NCBI GenBank assembly: GCA_965202805.1
Contig: OZ241869.1
Location: 1,504,001 to 1,568,000, forward strand
Direction: 5' to 3'
DNA length: 64,000 nucleotides
Origin: Longimicrobiales bacterium
GTDB taxonomy: Bacteria > Gemmatimonadota > Gemmatimonadetes > Longimicrobiales > Gaopeijiaceae
Part shown: positions 58,023 through 64,000 of the stretch, piece after piece
Layout: every line of letters begins with the position of its first letter
Numbering within the stretch: position 1 is the first letter of the stretch
Notes under the pieces: generated by a model
Database searches by the model: none
Told to the model about the DNA's origin: nothing
The model's input: only the letters and a program-made list of their open reading frames with translations
Translations under genes and position numbers: made by a program

Positions 58023-58991
58023 ATGAAGCCGGTCGGGCCCATCGGCCTCGCCGACATCCAGGCCGCGCGCGAGCGCATCGCCGGAGCCGCCATCCGTACG
58101 CCGCTCGTGCGCCTGGAGGCGCCCGGGGCGACCGCCGAGGTGTGGCTCAAGCTCGAGTGCCTGCAGCCCATCGGGTCATTCAAGATCCGCGGGGCCACCA
58201 ACGCCATGGCGCTCGCCGATCCCGCCCTGCTGGCGCGCGGGGTCTACACCGGAAGCGCCGGCAACATGGCCCAGGGGGTCGCGTACGAGGCCCGCCGGCG
58301 CGGGATTCCCTGCCGGGTGATCGTGCCGGACACCGCCCCCGCGGCCAAGCTGGACGCCATCGCCCGGCTGGGGGCGACCGCCGTCCAGGTGTCGTTCGCG
58401 GAGTGGTGGGGGGTGCTGCGCGACCACGGCCGTCCCGGTGAGGAGGGGTTCTTCGTCCACCCGGTAAGCGACCCGGACGTGATCGCCGGCAACGGCACCA
58501 TCGGGCTGGAGATCGTGGAGGACCTACCGGACGTGCGCGCGGTGGTGGTGCCCTTCGGCGGGGGCGGCCTGTCGTGCGGGATCGCCGCGGCCCTCCGGGC
58601 GCTTCGGCCGGAGGCGCGGGTGTTCGCGGCCGAGGTGGAGACGGCGGCCCCGCTGGCCGCGTCGCTGGCGGCCGGCCGCCCGGTGGAGGTCGCGCACACC
58701 CGCTCGTTCGTGGACGGAATCGGGGCCGCCGGCCTCCTGCCCGGGATGTGGCCGCTGGCCCGCGCGCTGCTGGCCGGGTCGCGGGTGGTGTCGCTCAAGG
58801 ACGTTCGCAGGGCGATCCGGCTGCTCGCCGAGCGCACGCACGTGGTCGCGGAGGGGGCGGGCGGGGCGGGGGTGGCGGCGGCGCTGGGCAATCTTCCCGG
58901 AGTCGGCAGCGGACCCGTAGTCGCGGTGGTCTCGGGCGGCAACATCGACACGCGTGTCCTCGCGGCCATCCTCGAGGACCGGGCGCCCTGA
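58023..58991 (+). CDS. PLP-dependent serine/threonine dehydratase-like enzyme
   Basis: RTPL, KLECLQPIGSFKIRGA, SAGN, GTIGLEI, GGGGL, SGGN. Confidence 0.88.
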   Translation: MKPVGPIGLADIQAARERIAGAAIRTPLVRLEAPGATAEVWLKLECLQPIGSFKIRGATNAMALADPALLARGVYTGSAGNMAQGVAYEARRRGIPCRVIVPDTAPAAKLDAIARLGATAVQVSFAEWWGVLRDHGRPGEEGFFVHPVSDPDVIAGNGTIGLEIVEDLPDVRAVVVPFGGGGLSCGIAAALRALRPEARVFAAEVETAAPLAASLAAGRPVEVAHTRSFVDGIGAAGLLPGMWPLARALLAGSRVVSLKDVRRAIRLLAERTHVVAEGAGGAGVAAALGNLPGVGSGPVVAVVSGGNIDTRVLAAILEDRAP

Positions 58992-59055
58992 CACGCCTGG
59001 CGCAGGCACCGCCGCCTCTGGAACCCCTCGCCCCCGTGCGACGTACCTATCCGGC

Positions 59056-59727
59056 ATGAGCCCCCAGACCAAACGACGCCTCACCTTCCTCGCCGGCTTC
59101 GCCCTCTATTTCGGGGCAATCTGGTTCGCGTGGGATACACCCATCGTCTATCCACTGAAGATCTTCGTGGTGCTGCTTCACGAGATCAGCCACGGCATCG
59201 CGGCGCTCGCCACCGGGGGCACCATCCAGGGGATCGAACTCGACCCGGCCCAGGGCGGAGTATGCTACTGTCCGGGCGGGAACGCCTTCCTGACGCTGTC
59301 GGCGGGATACCTGGGCAGCCTGGGCTGGGGCGCTCTGCTCCTCATGGGCGCGCGCGCCGGCACCCGCCCTTCACGGTGGATCGTCGGCGCGGTGGGCGCG
59401 CTGGTGGTCGTGCTGACGCTGCTGTACGTGCGCAACGCCTTCGGCTTCGGGTTCGGCCTGCTCTTCGGGCTGGCCCTCTTCGCCTCGGCGGCGAAGCTCC
59501 CGGCACGGGCGAACCGGGTACTGCTCACCGCGCTCGGGCTCACCAGCTGCCTCTACGCCATCCTCGACATCAAGAGCGACGTCATCGACCGCCCGGAGCT
59601 CCAGTCCGACGCGCGCATGCTCGCCGAGATGACCGGCATCCCCACCATGGCCTGGGGATTCCTGTGGATCGGGATCGCGATCGCCGTCGTGCTCATCCTC
59701 TTCCGCAAGGCGTTCCGGGAGGCGTAG
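59056..59727 (+). CDS. M50B-family membrane metallopeptidase
   Basis: LLHEISH, AGYLG, SDA; multiple TM segments. Confidence 0.85.
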   Translation: MSPQTKRRLTFLAGFALYFGAIWFAWDTPIVYPLKIFVVLLHEISHGIAALATGGTIQGIELDPAQGGVCYCPGGNAFLTLSAGYLGSLGWGALLLMGARAGTRPSRWIVGAVGALVVVLTLLYVRNAFGFGFGLLFGLALFASAAKLPARANRVLLTALGLTSCLYAILDIKSDVIDRPELQSDARMLAEMTGIPTMAWGFLWIGIAIAVVLILFRKAFREA

Positions 59728-59958
59728 CGCCCCAACCCGGAGCGGCCCCTCCCACGCCGGATCGAGCCGGACCCGACCGGCAGGCCCCAGGGTCTCGTTG
59801 CGCCAGCGCATCGGGCGTCGGTCACGTCCGCCCGGCGGCCGGCGACAAGTGAGCCCAAACGTCCGGGCTTCTGCATTCTTGACACGGGCGCCGGGACGGC
59901 AGACTATCCACCCGTCAGCCTGCGGATTCATGCCCAACCGAAACGGAGATCACAAACG

Positions 59959-60189
59959 ATGCCCGGAACCGAGAGCCGCCTGCGAGCACTGATCGATGAA
60001 CACCTGGCGCTTGATCATGAGCCGAGTCTTGCCGGAGGGTTTGCCGATTCAGGCATTTCCTCGATGGATGCGGTCGCCTTCATGAGGGTCGTGGAACGCG
60101 AGTTCAACGTGTCGATTCCGCCGGAAGACTGCGGGAAGATCGGCACCTTCGGGGATCTCGTCGCGCACCTCGACTCAAAGATGGGCTGA
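59959..60189 (+). CDS. Stand-alone acyl carrier protein (SupB-like)
   Basis: 76 aa, DSGISSMD...EREFNVSI...TFGDLV; adjacent to the PKS. Confidence 0.82.
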   Translation: MPGTESRLRALIDEHLALDHEPSLAGGFADSGISSMDAVAFMRVVEREFNVSIPPEDCGKIGTFGDLVAHLDSKMG

Positions 60190-60236
60190 CGGCACCAGTC
60201 CCGGGTGGGTTGTCCGGCCGACGGCCGGACGTGGTG

Positions 60237-60275
60237 CTCACGTATTCGGTTCGAAACTCACGTATTCGGTTCGAA
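60237..60275. repeat. 19-bp direct tandem duplication spanning the PKS stop codon
   Basis: ctcacgtattcggttcgaa-a-ctcacgtattcggttcgaa. Confidence 0.9.
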
Positions 60276-63200
60276 CCAGTAGCGCTCGCGCTGAAAAGGG
60301 TAGCCGGGTACCGAGATCCGGCGCCGCGCTTCTCCCGCAAACAGTCCGGTGAAGGAAACCGGAAGGCCTGCCTCGTACGCCCGCGCCACCCACTGTTCGA
60401 ATGTGCCCGGCGCACGCCCTGCGCCGTTCGGCCAATCCTTCAGCGGCACGGGGCCCGGCACGGGGCCGGCACCGATCTCCAGAACCAGATCGACGTCGAG
60501 ATCCGCCAGCCCCCGGGTTGTTGCGCGTGCCACCTTTGCCGTGCGCGCCTGCTCGCGCCAGTACGCGACGTCGAGGGCCTCCGCGGGGCCGACGGCTCGT
60601 CCGCTCACCTGACTCAGGATGGCAAGCGAGGGTGACGAAAGCGCGATCTCGGGGAACGCCGCTTCCATAACGTCCATACCCAGTGCGGATGCGAAGCGAA
60701 GACCGTCTTCGAGGCCGAGCACCCCCGCGCTCCATGCCGCCGCCAACACGCCGACCCCGCGCCCCGACACCACGTGGGGCCGGATCCCGACGCTCGCCCA
60801 AAGCGCCGTAACCGCACACTCGAGGGCGAAGGTCGCTGGTTGGCTCCAGGCCGGGTCAATAGCCTCCGCCTTGCCGGTGGCCTGGCCGAACACCAGATCC
60901 CGCAGGGTAATCCCGCGCAACTGGTCCCGGAAGACCTCGTCGCAGCGATCCAGAATCGCGCGCACCACCGGCTCCGTCCGGTACAGAGTCTTCGCCGTCC
61001 CCGCCCATTCGCCACTCCCGGAGGCGTAGGAGAAGGTCAACTTCGGTGTCGTGGCGGCCGCCCGTGACGACATCGCCCCGTCCGAGCGTGCGACGGCGCG
61101 CAACCCCTCAAGCAGAGAGCCGGCATCGTGGAAAACAATGCCCGCCCGGTGCGGGAAATGGTCACGCCCGACGCCCGCGGTCCAGGCCATGTCCGACAGC
61201 AGGGAGTCCGCAGCCCCACGCTCCGCATCGAGATCCCGGGCCCGCGCGTCGAGCCAGGCGAGATACCGTTTCGCCAACTCGCGCAGCGCTTCGTCCGTCT
61301 TGCCGGAAATCGGCAGGATCCGGACAACGCGGGGGTTGACGTCACCTGATGCAGGCGGCTGTACCGTCAGCGGCTCCGGGATCGGTATGCCAACGGTTTG
61401 CGCGGGCCCGGCGGGCGCGCCCGGCGCGTCGGTCGCATGGGAGGTGTCATCGGGCGGTTCGTAGCCCTCCACGACGACATGAGCGTTGGTGCCCGATATC
61501 CCGAACGCACTCACGCCGGCACGTCGAGGCCGATCAGGATCCCGGGGCCAGCGCGTCGCCTCCGATGTCACCCGCACTGGAAGCGCGTTCCAGTCCACGT
61601 GCTCGTTCGGTCTCCTGAAATGGAGGTGCTTCGGGATCACTCCCCGCTTCATCGACAGCATGATCTTGATCAGCCCTGCGATTCCCGCAGCCGACTCGAG
61701 GTGGCCGATGTTGGTCTTTACGGAGCCGATCAGGAGTGGACGGCTCGGCTCGCGTCCCTCGCCGTAGACTGCGGCCGCCGACTGCACCTCGATCGGATCC
61801 CCCAGCGTGGATCCGGCTCCATGAGCTTCCAGATAGTCCACCTCCCCGGGTGCGACGCCGGCGCGCTCGAGTGCCTCCCCGATCACGCGCTGCTGCGCTC
61901 GCCCGTTCGGCACCGTCGGCCCCGCAGTCGCCCCGTTCTGATTGACCGCGGTGCCGCGAACAACGCCCCAGATCCGGTCACCGTCGGCCTCCGCTTCACG
62001 AAGCCGCTTGAGGACGACCATCCCACAACCCTCGCTCCGCACGGACCCGTTCGCCGAGGCGTCGAAAGTCTTGCACCGGCCCTCCGGCGACAGCATCCCC
62101 AACTCGACCATCTCCCTGGTCAGCCCGAGCGAGAAGATGGCGTTCACGCCTCCGACCAGCGCCAGGTCCACTTCACCCTGCCGCAGGGCAGCTACGGCGT
62201 GGTGCACGGCGACCAATGACGCCGCACAGTTGAGGACTACCGGCATCGTGGGTCCCATGAGCCCCAGCTTGTAGGCAATCCCGCCGAGCGCCATGGAACT
62301 CGCGGTGCCGAGATAATTGAGGTCCTGGCCGCCCGCCAGCATCATGAGGTCACGGTACTCGCTGGTTGCGATGCCCGCGTAGACGCCCGTGTTGCTGCCC
62401 CTCAAGCTCTCCAGATCGATTCCCGCGTCCTCGAACGCCCGCCAACTGGTCTCCAGGAGAAGCCGCTGCTGCGGGTCCATCAAGCGCGTGCCGATCGGCG
62501 TCATGCCGAAAAAGCGCGCGTCGAAACGGTCGATCCCCTCGACGAACCCCCCTCGGCCCCAGGCGTTGTCTCCGGCCGCGGGGTCGCCTGCAATCCCGGC
62601 CCAGGACCCGTTATCCTGTCGCCCGCTCGTCACGGCCTCTTGGCCGGCTTCGAGCTGGCTCCAGAAGGCCCGCAGATCCGGGGCACCGGGGAAACGGCAC
62701 GCCATGCCGACGATGGCGATCCCATCGTCCTCCCGCGGCGGCGGCGGGGCCGGCCCGGACGTCGGCTCGGGGGCGGAGACCGGCTCGGGGATGGGGACCG
62801 GCTCGGGGACGGTCGCCGACTCGGCGAGCGCGTCCACCAGATGGCCGGCGAGATCGTCGATGGTCGGGTAGTCGAATACCAGCGTATTCGGCGCGACATA
62901 CCTCTCGGAGAAGCTCCGGTTGAGGCGATTCCGCAGTTCGACCGCCATCAGAGAGTCCATCCCCAGGTCGAAGAATCCGACCGTGGGCGCCGGCGGCGTC
63001 GGCAGCCTCAGCACTGCCTGGACTTCCCCCTGCAGGAAGGATACGAGCAGGCTCTCGCGCTGCGCCGCCGGGGTCGTAGCGAGCTGTGCCAGCAGGTCTT
63101 CCGACAAGGATGGGCCGTCGTCGTCCCCGGCGACAGCGAGCAAGTCCTCCAGGAGGGGCGGACGGCCTCCGATGGATTCGCCGAACACCGGCCAGTCCAC

Positions 63201-64000
63201 CGCGGCCACCACGGCGCCCGTTGCATCCTGCCGCAGCAGGCGCTCGAACACCATGAAGCCCTGCTCAGGCGTGAACCAGCCCGTGCCGGATGCCTCTCGC
63301 CGCCCCGCGATTCGTTCGCGCTGCTCCTCCGCCTCGCCCAGCTCCGACCAGGCACCCCAGGCAATGGCTTGCCCGGGAAGCCCCACCGCACGCCGGTGGG
63401 CGGCGAGCTGATCGAGGAATGCGTTGGCGGCCGCATGGTTGGCCTGGCCCGGATTGCCCAGGACTCCGGCGACGCTGGAGAACAGGACGAACATGTCCAG
63501 ATCGCGTTCCATCGTCGCGCGGTGAAGATGCCAGGCCCCCAGCATCTTCGGCCACAGCACGGTCTCGAAGCTCTCCCAGCTCTGGTTCCCGAGGGCTGCG
63601 TCCGACAGCACGCCGACGCCATGGATGACACCGGCGAGCGGCGACAGCGTCCCGTCGATCCGCTCCAGCATGGCATCGAGCGCGGCCGTGTCCGTTACGT
63701 CCGCAATCTCCACCTCGATCCTGAACCCGCGAGCGCGCAGCGCCTCGATCATTTCTTCCGCCGCCGCGTCCGGCGACCGGCGGCCGTTCAGCACGACCGA
63801 TCCCGCGCCGCGCTCGGCGAGCCATTCGGCGAGGGCCAGACCAATGCCGCCCAACCCGCCCGTCACCAGATAGGTCCCATCCCGCCTTAGCCGCCCCGTC
63901 CTGAGTGGAGGCGCCGTCAAGACGATCTTGCCGATGTGCCGAGCCGCGCGCATGTAGCCCATCGCGGCGCTCGTTTCGGCGAACGGCCAAATCGTGTGCC
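60258..64000 (-). CDS. Type I PKS, SupA-like (partial: end of ER, KR, ACP, KS, degenerate AT); 5' end beyond window
   Basis: RHIGKIVL; TGGLGGIG; GQANHAAAN; LGMDSL; LNCAAS/EAHGAG/NIGHLE; AT motif GRGVG; frame open to the window edge. Confidence 0.9.
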   Translation of the reverse strand, partial: HTIWPFAETSAAMGYMRAARHIGKIVLTAPPLRTGRLRRDGTYLVTGGLGGIGLALAEWLAERGAGSVVLNGRRSPDAAAEEMIEALRARGFRIEVEIADVTDTAALDAMLERIDGTLSPLAGVIHGVGVLSDAALGNQSWESFETVLWPKMLGAWHLHRATMERDLDMFVLFSSVAGVLGNPGQANHAAANAFLDQLAAHRRAVGLPGQAIAWGAWSELGEAEEQRERIAGRREASGTGWFTPEQGFMVFERLLRQDATGAVVAAVDWPVFGESIGGRPPLLEDLLAVAGDDDGPSLSEDLLAQLATTPAAQRESLLVSFLQGEVQAVLRLPTPPAPTVGFFDLGMDSLMAVELRNRLNRSFSERYVAPNTLVFDYPTIDDLAGHLVDALAESATVPEPVPIPEPVSAPEPTSGPAPPPPREDDGIAIVGMACRFPGAPDLRAFWSQLEAGQEAVTSGRQDNGSWAGIAGDPAAGDNAWGRGGFVEGIDRFDARFFGMTPIGTRLMDPQQRLLLETSWRAFEDAGIDLESLRGSNTGVYAGIATSEYRDLMMLAGGQDLNYLGTASSMALGGIAYKLGLMGPTMPVVLNCAASLVAVHHAVAALRQGEVDLALVGGVNAIFSLGLTREMVELGMLSPEGRCKTFDASANGSVRSEGCGMVVLKRLREAEADGDRIWGVVRGTAVNQNGATAGPTVPNGRAQQRVIGEALERAGVAPGEVDYLEAHGAGSTLGDPIEVQSAAAVYGEGREPSRPLLIGSVKTNIGHLESAAGIAGLIKIMLSMKRGVIPKHLHFRRPNEHVDWNALPVRVTSEATRWPRDPDRPRRAGVSAFGISGTNAHVVVEGYEPPDDTSHATDAPGAPAGPAQTVGIPIPEPLTVQPPASGDVNPRVVRILPISGKTDEALRELAKRYLAWLDARARDLDAERGAADSLLSDMAWTAGVGRDHFPHRAGIVFHDAGSLLEGLRAVARSDGAMSSRAAATTPKLTFSYASGSGEWAGTAKTLYRTEPVVRAILDRCDEVFRDQLRGITLRDLVFGQATGKAEAIDPAWSQPATFALECAVTALWASVGIRPHVVSGRGVGVLAAAWSAGVLGLEDGLRFASALGMDVMEAAFPEIALSSPSLAILSQVSGRAVGPAEALDVAYWREQARTAKVARATTRGLADLDVDLVLEIGAGPVPGPVPLKDWPNGAGRAPGTFEQWVARAYEAGLPVSFTGLFAGEARRRISVPGYPFQRERYWFEPNT

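Noticed and set aside
60237..60275. CRISPR array
   Set aside because: Only two 19-bp copies with no spacer and no cas genes.
62760..62812. 18-bp repeats in the PKS
   Set aside because: Encode an ordinary Pro/Glu-rich ACP-KS linker (PEPVPI/PEPVSA).

Overview
High-GC bacterial chromosomal window, most consistent with a diderm host-associated organism. A Gemmatimonadota-like sponge symbiont is inferred from the SupA/SupB-type PKS, many exported peptidases/amidases and a spondin lipoprotein. Left to right: (1) a minus-strand coproporphyrin-dependent heme cluster (chdC-hemD-hemL-hemE-hemH-hemY, the last truncated by the edge). (2) Upstream of it, an uncharacterised four-gene module of two GcvT-like THF-dependent methyltransferases (one DmdA-like) flanking two phytoene-desaturase-like flavoproteins. 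(3) A type III PKS plus ICMT-type methyltransferase, an exported serine hydrolase and a circularly permuted Tat D-amino-acid oxidase. (4) higBA and a His-rich membrane enzyme pair. (5) An XRE/PBP regulator with a tandem palindromic operator in front of modABC. (6) FHA/trypsin genes, an amidase, divergent ilvB/ilvN, an S9 peptidase and an exported FAH-family protein. (7) A ~9.6 kb defence-like island (antitoxin remnant, hicBA, 1922-aa sacsin-like ATPase/DUF3883 nuclease, XRE-IrrE, PD-(D/E)XK nuclease). (8) DUF885, PepX, tRNA-Ala(UGC), gmhB with an altered catalytic motif, hldA, an amidase, proline dehydrogenase, a spondin lipoprotein, creatininase, a Ser/Thr dehydratase and an M50 peptidase. 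(9) A free ACP and the 3' part of a Sup-type type I PKS. All calls come from reading motifs by eye; no database searches were run. The strongest candidates for an undescribed system are the IrrE-regulated sacsin/DUF3883 defence locus and the GcvT/flavoprotein demethylation module.
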